A stretch of 64,000 nt of DNA from the NCBI GenBank assembly GCA_964597575.1, contig CAZQXB010000001.1:338111-402110 (forward strand). Direction: 5' to 3'. The notes beneath the pieces were generated by a model. It was not told the origin of the DNA. It searched no databases and saw nothing but the letters and a program-made list of their open reading frames with translations. Below are positions 29,315-39,692 of the stretch, one piece after another (within the stretch, counting starts at the first letter, position 1; each line of letters opens with the position of its first letter). The position numbers and the translations under genes were made by a program. Origin of the DNA: an uncultured Gammaproteobacteria bacterium (GTDB taxonomy: Bacteria > Patescibacteriota > Patescibacteriia > Magasanikbacterales > UBA922).

Positions 29315-32300
29315 ATGGGCTTTACCCACCTTCATGTTCACACCCATTATTCTTTGCTTGACGGCTTGGTCAAACCCAAAGCCCTAGTTAAGGCTGCAAA
29401 AGAACGTGGATTCAAATCAATCTCCCTGACTGACTCAGGGGCCATGTATGGAGCAATTGAATTTTATAAAGCATGTGTCGAAAATGGCATTAAACCCATT
29501 ATTGGATTTGAGACCTACATTGCACCCCGTGGCATGACCGATAAAGATCCAGAAAAAGACAAAGAGTTTTTTCCGCTTATCCTTTTGGCTGAAAACTACG
29601 ACGGATATCGTAACCTCCTTACGCTGTGCTCACTTGCACACACGCAAGGTTTTTTTAACGGGAAACCACGCCTCGATAAAGAAATCTTAGCGAAGTACGC
29701 TGCCAATGTCATTGCTCTTTCCGGAGACATTCACGGTGAAGTTCCGAGTTTACTGAAACAGGGGAGGGTGGCCGAGGCAAAGAAAGCTGCTGAATCGTAC
29801 GCGCGTATTTTCGGGCCCGATCATTTTTACCTTGAACTTCAGGATCATCCAGCAATTCCCGGTCAGATGCAAGTAAATTCTGAACTCATCACGCTCTCGA
29901 AAGAGACGAATATTCCGTTGGTTGCAACGCGTGATGTTCATTATCTAAATCAAGAAGACGCCGAGGCGCAAGATATTTTATGCTGTATTCGTGAAGGTTG
30001 GAAGGTAGAATATACCGACCGTACCGATTACCGCCAGGTCGATCGCTCTCTCAATTCTGAGGAAGACATGCTTTCGCGATTTCGTCATGTGCCAGAAGCG
30101 GTCGAAAACGCCGGAAAAATTGCCGATCGTATTAATATTGTGATTGAACTTGATAAATGGCACTTTGCTCCAGTTACTATCCCTGAAGGAAAAACAGCAG
30201 ACGACGAGCTTCGAGACCGGACATTTGCCAATGTCGGCAAATTTTATAATCCGGTTACGCCAGAAGTGGTCGACCGCATTAATTACGAACTCGACATTAT
30301 TAAAAAGAAAGGATACGCACCGTACTTTCTCTGTGTTGCAGACTATGTGCAATATGCGAAAGATCACGGCATTGTCGAAACAACTCGTGGTTCGGCGGCT
30401 GGTTCGCTTTCTTCGTATGTTCTTGGTATTACGACAGTTGATCCGATTCGGTTCAAGTTACCGTTTGAACGTTTTTTGAATCCATTTCGCCCGAGTCCTC
30501 CTGATATTGATACAGACTTTGCCGATGATCGCCGTGAAGAAATGATTGAATATGTAACAAATAAATATGGAAAGGATAAGGTTGCTCAGATTATTACCTT
30601 TGGAACCATGGCGGCGCGCGCCAGTGCACGCGATGTGGGTCGGGCGCTTGGGTATTCTTATAATTTCTGTGATCAGGTAGCCAAACTTATTCCCATTGGT
30701 GCCCAAGGGTTTCCGATGACCATTACCCGTGCCCTAGCCGAAGAGCCTGATTTAAAAAAATTGTATGATGCGAATCCAGACGTAAAGCGTCTGCTTGATC
30801 TTGCAAAAAAAGTAGAAGGCTGTGCCCGTCATACCTCAATTCATGCGGCCGGGGTGGTTATTTCTCCGACTCCTTTAACCGACTATACGCCAATTCAGTA
30901 CGAAGTTGGTGGCACACGGTTAACAACGCAATACGAAATGAAATCGGTCGAAGCTGCGGGCGTATTGAAGAACGACTTTTTGGGAATTCGTAACCTTTCC
31001 ATTTTGGGAAATGCCGTCCAGATTGTGAAAAAAACAACCGGTGATGAGGTGGATATTTATACACTTCCTCTTGATGACAAGCCAACGTTCGACATGCTTG
31101 CGCGCGGGGAAACCATGGGGGTGTTTCAGATGTCTGGGTCGGGTATGACGCGCTGGCTGAAAGAACTGAAGCCAACCACGATCGATGATATCATGGCGAT
31201 GGTTGCGCTGTATCGCCCAGGACCAATGGAATCCATTCCAGAATACATTAAACGCAAATACCACCCTGAATTTGTAACGTATTTTGATCCACGTTTGAAA
31301 AAGATTTTGGAAGCATCTTTCGGTCTGCTTGTATACCAAGACGACGTCATGTTGACTGCGATTGAGCTTGCGGGGTACGACTGGATGGAGGCGGACAAGT
31401 TTCGTAAAGCCATGGGGAAAAAGATTCCGGAAGAGATGGCTCAGCAGAAGGAAAAGTTTTATAAAGGATGCGCGGAAAAGGGAAAGGTAAAAAAAGATGT
31501 GATTGATGAGATGTGGCATGCCATTGAACCATTTGCGGCCTACGGGTTCAATAAGGCGCATGCCGCAAGTTACGGCATTGTGGCGTATCAAACCGCGTAC
31601 ATGAAAGCGCATTACCCGGTTCAGTATATGACTGCGGTACTTCAAGCTGAAGCAGGGGATGCTGAAAAAATTGCTGCCATCGTGCATGAATGTAAGCGCA
31701 TGGGTATCGAAGTGCTTCCACCAGACGTGAATGAGAGTTTTCGTAATTTTGCCATGGTGTCAAAGCCAGGGGACCCAGGCCGTATTCGTTTTGGTTTACT
31801 TGCGATTAAAAATGTCGGTGATCATATCTGTGAGGTGATTTACGCCGAGAGAAAAAAGAATGGGCCATATAAAGATCTTGAGGATTTTTTGCACCGAGTA
31901 CAAGATAAAGATCTGAACAAAAAATCAGTCGAGAGTTTGGCCGAGGCTGGAGCCATGGATTGCTTCGGGTATGATCGTGGCTTGCTTTTGGCAAACAGCG
32001 ACACGATTCTCGGCTTTGCTCGCGAGTCACGAGAGGCTCTTACGACCAAACAACATTCACTTTTTAGTGGAACCTCTATTGCGATTGATACAAAAGTACA
32101 TTTGAAACCCGCTCCGCCTGCAACCTTGGATCAAAAATTAATATGGGAAAAAACCCTTTTAGGGTTATATGTGTCATCGCACCCATACGCCATGTTTGCT
32201 GATCGACTTCGTCGGGCCACCATTCCTCTCTCTGAAGTGGAAGTACATCCGCGAGATAGTTGGATTACGGTCGGAGGAATTATTGATGCGGTGAAAAAGA

Positions 32301-32797
32301 AGGTGACAAAAAAGGGAACAATTATGCTTTTTGTGACCCTCCAAGACATGTCAGGTGGTATGGAGCTTCTCGTTTTTCCCAAAACATACGAAGCGACCCA
32401 AGCACTTTGGCAAGTAGGTCAAATTATTGCGGTTGTTGGTAAAACACCTAAAGAAGAGGGGGACAATAAAATCTTTGTGGAAAATGTTCACGTGCTCACT
32501 CGGGAAAATGTTGACCTTGTGAGTCGTCAACTGACACTTTCCAGTGGGGGAAATACCAATAGTCATGAGCCGCAAGCACCAAATACGGTGGTAGTTACGG
32601 TCGATAAAGATGCCTTAAAGACACACACGGAAATACTCAAAAAAATATTTACCGATTTTTCCGGAACATACCCTGTGGTATTTCGTATCAATGGAAATAA
32701 TATGCGCACTCAAGTTGTGGTGCGATGGGGTGATGATACCAAAAACGCCCTGGAGGGCGTTTTAGGAGAAGGTTCGGTATCGTTTGAGGCGATGTAG
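29315..32797 (+). CDS. dnaE: DNA polymerase III alpha subunit
   Basis: FTHLHVHTHYSLLDG, RGSAAGS, PPDIDTDF, YGFNKAH, OB domain. Confidence 0.98.
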   Translation: MGFTHLHVHTHYSLLDGLVKPKALVKAAKERGFKSISLTDSGAMYGAIEFYKACVENGIKPIIGFETYIAPRGMTDKDPEKDKEFFPLILLAENYDGYRNLLTLCSLAHTQGFFNGKPRLDKEILAKYAANVIALSGDIHGEVPSLLKQGRVAEAKKAAESYARIFGPDHFYLELQDHPAIPGQMQVNSELITLSKETNIPLVATRDVHYLNQEDAEAQDILCCIREGWKVEYTDRTDYRQVDRSLNSEEDMLSRFRHVPEAVENAGKIADRINIVIELDKWHFAPVTIPEGKTADDELRDRTFANVGKFYNPVTPEVVDRINYELDIIKKKGYAPYFLCVADYVQYAKDHGIVETTRGSAAGSLSSYVLGITTVDPIRFKLPFERFLNPFRPSPPDIDTDFADDRREEMIEYVTNKYGKDKVAQIITFGTMAARASARDVGRALGYSYNFCDQVAKLIPIGAQGFPMTITRALAEEPDLKKLYDANPDVKRLLDLAKKVEGCARHTSIHAAGVVISPTPLTDYTPIQYEVGGTRLTTQYEMKSVEAAGVLKNDFLGIRNLSILGNAVQIVKKTTGDEVDIYTLPLDDKPTFDMLARGETMGVFQMSGSGMTRWLKELKPTTIDDIMAMVALYRPGPMESIPEYIKRKYHPEFVTYFDPRLKKILEASFGLLVYQDDVMLTAIELAGYDWMEADKFRKAMGKKIPEEMAQQKEKFYKGCAEKGKVKKDVIDEMWHAIEPFAAYGFNKAHAASYGIVAYQTAYMKAHYPVQYMTAVLQAEAGDAEKIAAIVHECKRMGIEVLPPDVNESFRNFAMVSKPGDPGRIRFGLLAIKNVGDHICEVIYAERKKNGPYKDLEDFLHRVQDKDLNKKSVESLAEAGAMDCFGYDRGLLLANSDTILGFARESREALTTKQHSLFSGTSIAIDTKVHLKPAPPATLDQKLIWEKTLLGLYVSSHPYAMFADRLRRATIPLSEVEVHPRDSWITVGGIIDAVKKKVTKKGTIMLFVTLQDMSGGMELLVFPKTYEATQALWQVGQIIAVVGKTPKEEGDNKIFVENVHVLTRENVDLVSRQLTLSSGGNTNSHEPQAPNTVVVTVDKDALKTHTEILKKIFTDFSGTYPVVFRINGNNMRTQVVVRWGDDTKNALEGVLGEGSVSFEAM

Positions 32798-32801
32798 TAA
32801 A

Positions 32802-33806
32802 TTAAGTCCGAACATCCACGGACCACTGAGGCTCAGGGGTAAGCGTCTGCCAATCGCTCGGACCAAATTTTTGATACGAGTAATAGCCGGCCACCGCAAT
32901 CATCGCTCCATTATCCATCGAATGCGTTTTGGGCGAGAGTAAACATAGTACATCGGGGAATTCCTCGGTAATTTTTTGTTCAAGCGTGGTACGAAGTTTT
33001 TGATTTGCGGAAACACCGCCAACCAAAAGCACGCTTTTGGGTTTAAATGCACGAGCAGCGCGCATGGTTTTTTCTGTGAGTACATCAACCATCGCCTGTT
33101 CAACACTCGCGCAAAAGTTTGGTACAGATTCACTGGGGTGGTCGCGAAGATGATAAAGTGCTGCTGTTTTAAGTCCGGCGAAACTAAAATCATAATTGGT
33201 ATCCTTTATCATGGGGCGTGGAAAGGGGATTGCCTCAGGGTTTCCTTCCTTCGCTTCTTTCGAAATTTTTGGTCCGCCGGGGTAGTCGAATCCAAGAATT
33301 TTGGCAGTTTTATCGAAACACTCTCCGACTGCGTCGTCGCGGGTTTTTCCTATCTTTATATAATCTCCATGGTCACGCATGAATATGAGCTCAGTGTGGC
33401 CACCGGAAACCACAAGGGCAAGGGCAGGAAATTGAATGGGGTGTTCAAGTTCAACCGAATGAAGATGTCCGTCAATATGGTTCACCCCAACAAAAGGAAT
33501 CTTCCAACTATACGAAAGCGTTCGTGCGGCTTCAAGGCCGACAAGAAGTCCGGTAATAAGGCCAGGACCGCTCGTAACTGCAATAAGATCCGGTTTTGGT
33601 TCGCCTTCTAAAACATGTTCGATAAGAGGGACAATTTGTTCCGCATGTTTACGGCCGGCAATTTCTGGAATGACCCCACCATAGGCCTTGTGAATCTCAA
33701 TTTGGCTAGCAGTTTTTTCTTTGATAATCACAAAACCACTTTCGGTTTTTTCAATAAGAGCAACCGACGTATCGTCGCAAGAAGATTCAATGCCTAAAAT
33801 ACGCAT
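32802..33806 (-). CDS. tsaD: tRNA t6A threonylcarbamoyltransferase TsaD
   Basis: MRILGIESSCDDT, HIDGH, VSGGHT, DDAVGECFDK, DNGAMIA. ATG 33806. Confidence 0.97.
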   Translation of the reverse strand: MRILGIESSCDDTSVALIEKTESGFVIIKEKTASQIEIHKAYGGVIPEIAGRKHAEQIVPLIEHVLEGEPKPDLIAVTSGPGLITGLLVGLEAARTLSYSWKIPFVGVNHIDGHLHSVELEHPIQFPALALVVSGGHTELIFMRDHGDYIKIGKTRDDAVGECFDKTAKILGFDYPGGPKISKEAKEGNPEAIPFPRPMIKDTNYDFSFAGLKTAALYHLRDHPSESVPNFCASVEQAMVDVLTEKTMRAARAFKPKSVLLVGGVSANQKLRTTLEQKITEEFPDVLCLLSPKTHSMDNGAMIAVAGYYSYQKFGPSDWQTLTPEPQWSVDVRT

Positions 33807-33936
33807 AAAGATTGACAGATGAGTGCCAAGAAAAGAGCCTCTACACATCCTGCCATATAAACTGTGGTGTCGACAAGGGGTGCTTGTGGCCTTTTCACTA
33901 CAGAGAACATGTAAAGATGGGGATGAGTGAGAACGA

Positions 33937-33974
33937 AACAAAAACCACCCGACGAAAAGTGGGGTGGTTTTTGT
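33937..33974 (-). terminator. Terminator after tRNA-Glu
   Basis: Inverted repeat ACAAAAACCACCC...GGGTGGTTTTTGT. Confidence 0.75.
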
Positions 33975-34049
33975 TGGTAGCGCCAAGGGGAGTCGAACCC
34001 CTCTTCTTAGGTTGAAAACCTAATGTCCTAACCGATAGACGATGGCGCC
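33975..34049 (-). tRNA. tRNA-Glu(TTC), CCA encoded
   Basis: Reverse complement GGCGCCA...TTAGG-TTTTCAA-CCTAA...GGTTCGACTCC...TGGCGCTACCA; upstream TTGACG-N17-TATAGT. Confidence 0.95.
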
Positions 34050-34121
34050 AGATGAAAAAGTGCTCATACTATAATTGATTTTTTTCACTTCGTCAATATG
34101 CCCTAGGTTCCCTTGTGAGTA

Positions 34122-34150
34122 TTGACAAGTGTGCTCAAAAGTGGTAGTGT
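34122..34150 (+). promoter_or_regulatory. sigma70-like promoter of the GC-rich orphan
   Basis: TTGACA-N17-TAGTGT. Confidence 0.55.
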
Positions 34151-34268
34151 ACAGGTTACTTGGTAAGTGAGGGAGTTTTAGCTCAACAGAGCAAAAATTC
34201 CAAGAAAAACACCCAAAAGGTTCACGAAAGTGGACCTGTGACTGATTGTCACGAAGGAGATTGTCACC

Positions 34269-35195
34269 ATGGTTCGTTCCATCATCAGCGCGCTCGTCGC
34301 GGTCGTTCTCTGCCTCTTCACGAGCGCCCCGGCCTTCGGGCTGGCGCTCGGCATGGTCGGTGACGAGCAGAAGCTCGACATCCCCGTGTCCGCGTTCAAC
34401 GGCAACGTCGATTCCCGCGCCAGCATCATGGTGCAGGACACCTCTCGGCCTCTCGACACCTCGGCGATCAGCGCCATGCAGGTCCAGTGGGATCGGGCGG
34501 AGCGCCGTTCTCACGTCCACGCCAAGCGAGGTACTCGTCCCTTCAGGTGCCCGCAGTACTACACGAATCGTGATCTGGCCGAGACGATGGCGTTCACGGA
34601 GCGCCGTCTCTCAGACTCGTCTGTCACGGACGATGCTCGGCCCACGCTCTACGGCATGCGCTATGCCGGAACGTTCTGTTCGCTCGGCAAGCCTGCCAAG
34701 CGTATGAACAAGTCGGATCCGACGCCCGCTGCGGACGAGATCGCTCTCATGATCCCTGTCACGAAGCCGGCACCCCTCAGCCCTCCGAAGACCGGCGGCA
34801 TGCGCCTCGATCCCAACGGCGACACCAACTCGGATTTGACCGATAGCGACTATCTCCGTACGTTCGGTGTCTCGATGAACCTCGTCGCACCGAGTCCGAT
34901 CCAGGAGGTCGTCGGCTCGCGTCAGCTCATGGGCACGGACGAGAATGATCCGTCCTGCGCTACCCTCGAGATCCTCTTGGGCCGTGATCACCACCCTCTC
35001 GGTGTGGTCCCGACCCCCGTCTCTTCTCGTTCGTCCGGCGATCGCGTCTCCCTCTTGTCGAATCTCGACCCGGAAAATGCTGGTGCACATGTCTCGCCAA
35101 AGGAGCTCGCCCGACTGATCGGCTTCCGCGCCGCCACATACAAGGAATCGAGCGGCAACTATAGTTATCACTGGTCACCTGGTCCGCCGCGCTAA
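34269..35195 (+). CDS. GC-rich orphan secreted protein
   Basis: Signal peptide, AAGGAG upstream of the ATG, strong third-position GC bias in this frame, downstream hairpin 35223-35252. Confidence 0.75.
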   Translation: MVRSIISALVAVVLCLFTSAPAFGLALGMVGDEQKLDIPVSAFNGNVDSRASIMVQDTSRPLDTSAISAMQVQWDRAERRSHVHAKRGTRPFRCPQYYTNRDLAETMAFTERRLSDSSVTDDARPTLYGMRYAGTFCSLGKPAKRMNKSDPTPAADEIALMIPVTKPAPLSPPKTGGMRLDPNGDTNSDLTDSDYLRTFGVSMNLVAPSPIQEVVGSRQLMGTDENDPSCATLEILLGRDHHPLGVVPTPVSSRSSGDRVSLLSNLDPENAGAHVSPKELARLIGFRAATYKESSGNYSYHWSPGPPR

Positions 35196-35334
35196 CCCAA
35201 GCCCGCCACCACGTGAAGGGGAGCCGAACGACGATCTTTATCGTTGTTCGGCCCGCATTATCTCTTGTGGAGTATTCTACTGAAGATAAAGCGGACTTGA
35301 CAGAATAATGTATTCTGGTACACTGTACGCAAAA

Positions 35335-35463
35335 CCATAGACAGTAGCTTCCACGTAAATGTGGATTAAATATGCTACCGAGGTGACTCCTATTTCTTCC
35401 TTTCGGGGAAGAAGTTTCAAGGTCGAAGTTCTCGGGGTTGTCTGTGGCTACACAGATTTTTTT
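35335..35463 (+). promoter_or_regulatory. Ribosomal protein L10 leader
   Basis: AGACAGTAGC...TTAAATAT-GCTACCGAGG L10-binding mimic, terminator-like TCTGTG/CACAGA plus T run; promoter TTGACA-N16-TACACT at 35297. Confidence 0.8.
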
Positions 35464-35469
35464 GTTTTT

Positions 35470-35994
35470 ATGGCTAAAACCAGGCAACAAAAAGAAGAAG
35501 CGCTGAATGTGCTTCAAACCAATCTAAAGAGTGCGAAAGCAACCGTGTTTGCGAATTTTCAAGGGCTCAAAGTAAAAGAGTCTGAAGAACTTCGTGCAAT
35601 CTGCCGCAAAGAACGTATCGTTTACGTGGCAAGCAAAAAAACACTTATCGCTCGCGCGCTTAAAGATGCTGGGTTTGATACGGATGCAGATGCTTTTTCT
35701 GGTGGTGTCGCAGCAGTATTTGCACAAGGTGATGAAGTTGGCGCAGCCAAAGTTATTGCTGATTTTGCAAAGACTCATGAAGTGGTTACCATCTTTGGTG
35801 GAATTTTAGAAGGAAAGTTTATTGACGCAAATAGCGTAAAGGCGCTCGCAAAATTACCAACACGGCAGCAGCTTTTGGGTCAATTGGTCGGTACATTGAA
35901 CGCTCCAGTATCTGGATTCGTCAATGTGTTGGCTGGCAACTTACGCGGTCTTGTTACGGTACTTAATGCCGTGAAAGATAAACAAGCAGCGTAA
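35470..35994 (+). CDS. rplJ: 50S ribosomal protein L10
   Basis: MAKTRQQKEE, KKTLIARAL, LAKLPTRQQLLGQLVG. Confidence 0.96.
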   Translation: MAKTRQQKEEALNVLQTNLKSAKATVFANFQGLKVKESEELRAICRKERIVYVASKKTLIARALKDAGFDTDADAFSGGVAAVFAQGDEVGAAKVIADFAKTHEVVTIFGGILEGKFIDANSVKALAKLPTRQQLLGQLVGTLNAPVSGFVNVLAGNLRGLVTVLNAVKDKQAA

Positions 35995-36033
35995 GCGGTA
36001 GAAAAATATATTGTTTATTACTCTCTATATTAT

Positions 36034-36444
36034 ATGTCAGAAGAAAAGAAAGTTGTTGAAGTACCAGCGAAATTTCAATCGCTCGTAGATTCAATCGAAA
36101 AAATGTCAGTTCTTGATCTTTCAGAACTCGTAAAAGTTCTTGAAGATAAATTCGGCGTTTCAGCTGCAGCTCCCGCAATGATGATGGCAGCTCCAGCAGC
36201 TGGTGGTGCAGGTGCGGCCGCAGCGGAAGAAAAATCTGAGTTTGCTGTTGAGCTTACTGACGCCGGTGCAAACAAAATTGGCGTAATTAAAGTGGTGAAG
36301 GAATTGACCGGTCTTGGTCTTGCTGAAGCAAAAGGCTTGGTAGATGCAGCACCAAAAGTTCTTAAAGAAGGCGTAAAGAAAGAAGACGCTGAAGCCATGA
36401 AGAAAAAGATCGAAGAGGCTGGCGGAAAAGTAACATTGAAATAG
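36034..36444 (+). CDS. rplL: 50S ribosomal protein L7/L12
   Basis: [29 protein letters not shown]. Confidence 0.98.
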   Translation: MSEEKKVVEVPAKFQSLVDSIEKMSVLDLSELVKVLEDKFGVSAAAPAMMMAAPAAGGAGAAAAEEKSEFAVELTDAGANKIGVIKVVKELTGLGLAEAKGLVDAAPKVLKEGVKKEDAEAMKKKIEEAGGKVTLK

Positions 36445-36460
36445 TCAGCACTGTATTCAC

Positions 36461-36494
36461 AATATAAAAACGCCCTACGGGGCGTTTTTATATT
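36461..36494. terminator. Bidirectional terminator between convergent genes
   Basis: AATATAAAAACGCCC-TACG-GGGCGTTTTTATATT. Confidence 0.9.
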
Positions 36495-36515
36495 GTGTCT
36501 GAAATAACTTATTCT

Positions 36516-38594
36516 TTAGAAGCTGAACATCGACACGGTGTTATTTTCGAGAACATAAATTGTTCTCTTTGTCTCGTCAACAACCATGCCGGTTGGTTCC
36601 TTCCACGCATCGGCCACGTATTGTGCTTTCATAACCCCATTCTTATCAAGAACGACCACTCGTGCATTTTTTGTATCGAGGACGTAGATATTGCTCAGGT
36701 CCGTATAGGTCCAAATCAATCCACTGCCTGATAAAACAGGGTCGACATCTTGAAGAGAAAAGGCCTGTTCGATTCCGGCAGAAAATTTCCTTATTTTTCC
36801 GGTAGTCTCCATGATAAAAATATCTCCGTCAATCGTAAACGAGTTTGCGTTCGTCAATGGCTCATTCAACTGTTTTACCCAAGTTGTCCCTTTGTCATAG
36901 CCGGCCTGAGTTTTGTTGTGTCGATATATTTGGTTCGTTTCAGTATCAAGTGCGTATAGACGTTGATTATATACCGCCACGTCAACTAAACTTTTTTCTG
37001 GCGCACCGCTCGCAATTTCCACAAGCGCGACAGTACCACTTTCTTTATCGTAATTGGCGAGTCGGTTATTTTCCGCGATAAAGAGAATATTTTCTCCTTC
37101 TTTTGGTACGTAGTGTTTTTTGAGTCCCTTTACAACGCCAATATCCTTTCTTGTGATGGCCTTACTGCTCATGTCAACCATATGCAGGGCAGTGTCGTTT
37201 GGCCCGTAAGCAATGAGTGTGTTTTGAAGCCGGGCCAGAAGAGTTACGTTCGTTTCTGGTCGATCAGTAGTAAGTTTTGCCACAAGTGTTGGAGAGACTT
37301 TGGTCACGTTTCGTAACCGTTCACGCTGTGCAGCCACCCGTTCCAAAAGTTCTGTTCGTTTTGCTTTCTTCTCTCCTGGATCGTCGGGTAAGTTTTGGGC
37401 CATGGTGTCGGCCTCCCCAATGAGCGCAAGTGCTTTGGCTTTATCATTATAAATCGCACTTGCTTCTGCTGCGGTTATTTTGTCGGTAATTGCCTGAACC
37501 GTATCAAGATACGTTTGTGCCACTTGTTCTCGTTCGGCTCGAATGCGATTCACGAAAACAGTCCCTGCAAAGATTGCCAGCAAAAGAATCATGACAATCG
37601 CTAAAATTTTGGTGGTGATAGGGAGGTTGAGAAGATATTGCCTTTTTTCTTCAACGGTATGCGACATGCTTTCAAGGACACTTTCGCGTTGTCCGCCCCA
37701 ATTGGTAATGATAAGAACCCCGCCAAAGAGTAGCTTTCCTGTACCGATAAGGAGCCCCTTGATAAGTTTGGCGAATCCGACCACGATTCTGGCCATGGCG
37801 ACACCAAAACCAGAAAGAATATCTCCGCGAGGTGGTACATCCCGTGTCCGTTTTTGAGGACGAGACATCATTTCCACTTCTTCTGGCTCTTCAATGCCAT
37901 CATCTGTGACAGGAGCTCCCACTCCTTTATTCCCAAGTGTTTCCTCCATTTGTAAAAGAACCCCGCCAAACCCAAGACCGCTGTCCATGTTCTCGAGTGT
38001 TTCTTGGATATTTGCGGCTGCCACTCTCGGTGGTTTTTTTGCAAGCATTTTTTTCATGCGTTCTGGCGGAATATAGTCTGCGGTTCGAGGAGTGACAGCG
38101 TAGAGTATGTCGCCCTTTCCTACCTCGCCTTGCATGATGGCTGGAAAAAGTTGTGTGCCACTCGTGTCAGCGTCGCCAAGAGTGATGTCTTCGAGCTCAT
38201 CATTTTTGCTGTAAAGAAGATGGATGGCGTGTTCTCCGTGGGTGGCAAAAAGAAGGGACTGCCCTGAAATGGCGCCAACAACAATCGAGAGGCGGACTTT
38301 ACGATCGAGAATAAGGTGGTGGCTACGGCGATTGACATATTCAACCGCAAGTTCAAAAGGATGTTTCTCGCCATCGGTTGGAAGAGTGTAATATTGTTTC
38401 TCAAGAGTAGAGATAAGTTCCTGGCATGCTTCAATTGTTTCGGTGGTGCCGTGATCCACTTCAATCACGGCAAAAAAGTAACCATGAGCAAGTTCACGAG
38501 CGGTTGAGGGTTCACTTACGTGAAGAAGAACGTGCAAACGCTCAGAGTCGTTTCCTGATACGAAAAATTCATGAAGGTCAATTCGAGGTGGCAT
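36516..38594 (-). CDS. Membrane protein: degenerate PP2C-like N-domain, TM, helical region, NHL-like beta-propeller
   Basis: 692 aa; C-terminal IYVLD/LYALD/IFIME repeats. The N-domain assignment is tentative. Confidence 0.65.
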   Translation of the reverse strand: MPPRIDLHEFFVSGNDSERLHVLLHVSEPSTARELAHGYFFAVIEVDHGTTETIEACQELISTLEKQYYTLPTDGEKHPFELAVEYVNRRSHHLILDRKVRLSIVVGAISGQSLLFATHGEHAIHLLYSKNDELEDITLGDADTSGTQLFPAIMQGEVGKGDILYAVTPRTADYIPPERMKKMLAKKPPRVAAANIQETLENMDSGLGFGGVLLQMEETLGNKGVGAPVTDDGIEEPEEVEMMSRPQKRTRDVPPRGDILSGFGVAMARIVVGFAKLIKGLLIGTGKLLFGGVLIITNWGGQRESVLESMSHTVEEKRQYLLNLPITTKILAIVMILLLAIFAGTVFVNRIRAEREQVAQTYLDTVQAITDKITAAEASAIYNDKAKALALIGEADTMAQNLPDDPGEKKAKRTELLERVAAQRERLRNVTKVSPTLVAKLTTDRPETNVTLLARLQNTLIAYGPNDTALHMVDMSSKAITRKDIGVVKGLKKHYVPKEGENILFIAENNRLANYDKESGTVALVEIASGAPEKSLVDVAVYNQRLYALDTETNQIYRHNKTQAGYDKGTTWVKQLNEPLTNANSFTIDGDIFIMETTGKIRKFSAGIEQAFSLQDVDPVLSGSGLIWTYTDLSNIYVLDTKNARVVVLDKNGVMKAQYVADAWKEPTGMVVDETKRTIYVLENNTVSMFSF

Positions 38595-38684
38595 ACGGTT
38601 TGTTCTACTTTGACATCAGTTCACCGCTTCATTATACTACGCGTACATGGCCCAAGGCAAATAGGGGACTGGGCTTTAAAAGAT

Positions 38685-39287
38685 ATGCTTGAACACCTCT
38701 TTGGTTCAAAGACGCGAGTGAAATTATTACGTTTTCTTTTCCGGCACGAATTTGAGGCGTTTTATGTTCGCGAACTTGCACGCCTTCTTGAAACTCAAAT
38801 GAATGCTATTCGGCGAGAAATCGCCATCTTAGCATTGGCCGGGCTTGTGAATGAAGTAGAAGCACCAGGGCATGCGAAAGATGAGCCCGGAGCCGGAGTC
38901 GATCGGAGAAAATATGTGCAACTGAATACAGCTTCACCGCTCTATCCAGAGCTTCAGTCACTTATGATGAAGGCTCGACTTCTCGAGGAACAGCAATTTG
39001 TAGAAGAGTTGAAAACACGCGCAGGAGATTTAAAACTCCTTATGCTGACCGGGCGATTCACCGGGGCGCTTCAAGCACAAACAGACATGCTTCTTATTGG
39101 CGCAGTGAAAGAGCGAGCCTTGGCCGAACTTATTGCACATTACGAAAAGGAGCTTGGTTTTGATATCCGTTATACGGTTATGGCCGAAAAAGAATTCTGG
39201 GATCGACGCCATGTAATGGATAAGTTCATCTACACCTTATTCGAAGGAAAGCATGTCATGGTTTTGAACACACTTAATGTTCGTTAG
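38685..39287 (+). CDS. Winged-helix regulator with a nucleotidyltransferase-like C-domain
   Basis: LFGSKTRVKLL, FYVRELAR, LTGRF...TDMLLIG. Confidence 0.75.
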   Translation: MLEHLFGSKTRVKLLRFLFRHEFEAFYVRELARLLETQMNAIRREIAILALAGLVNEVEAPGHAKDEPGAGVDRRKYVQLNTASPLYPELQSLMMKARLLEEQQFVEELKTRAGDLKLLMLTGRFTGALQAQTDMLLIGAVKERALAELIAHYEKELGFDIRYTVMAEKEFWDRRHVMDKFIYTLFEGKHVMVLNTLNVR

Positions 39288-39289
39288 GT

Positions 39290-39688
39290 ATGATACTGGT
39301 TCTTTCCCCGGAAGATGGTCGTGCTCTGTCTGTTCTCTCTGTATCTGAAAAAGATGGGGAAGAGGGGCTTTTGACATTTACGAAAACAGTGGATACGCAT
39401 AGCTCATGGCTCTCTGTAGTCCACGAAGCGCTTCAGTCATTTGGGGTTGAACTAAAAGATATTACCGCAGTCGTTGTGGTTTCTGGTGCCACGAGTTTTA
39501 CCGGCAGTCGGGTGGCATATACTATTTCGAACACGCTGGCTTATGCACTTTCTGTTCCGATTGCTGAAATATCAAAAGAACAGTGTACTGAATCCGAAAT
39601 ACGCCAAACGGTAAAAGGAGCATCTCTTCACACCTACGTTTTACCTCAGTACACGAGCGAGCCAAATATTGGACGTGTCTCTCTTTAG
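39290..39688 (+). CDS. tsaB: Short TsaB-like protein
   Basis: DITAVVVVSGATSFTGSR resembles GPGSFTGLR; C-terminal PQYTSEPNI. Confidence 0.65.
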   Translation: MILVLSPEDGRALSVLSVSEKDGEEGLLTFTKTVDTHSSWLSVVHEALQSFGVELKDITAVVVVSGATSFTGSRVAYTISNTLAYALSVPIAEISKEQCTESEIRQTVKGASLHTYVLPQYTSEPNIGRVSL

Positions 39689-39692
39689 ATCT

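Noticed and set aside
29315-32797. Intein or split in dnaE
   Set aside because: Normal length and continuous motifs.
33975-35260. tRNA-Glu as the integration site of the GC-rich gene
   Set aside because: The gene lies on the 5' side of the tRNA; no att duplication or integrase was seen.
34020-35517. Long alternative ORFs (34020-34520, 34246-34707, 34611-35171, 34960-35517)
   Set aside because: Expected in GC-rich DNA; only 34269-35195 has an SD, a signal peptide and the codon bias.
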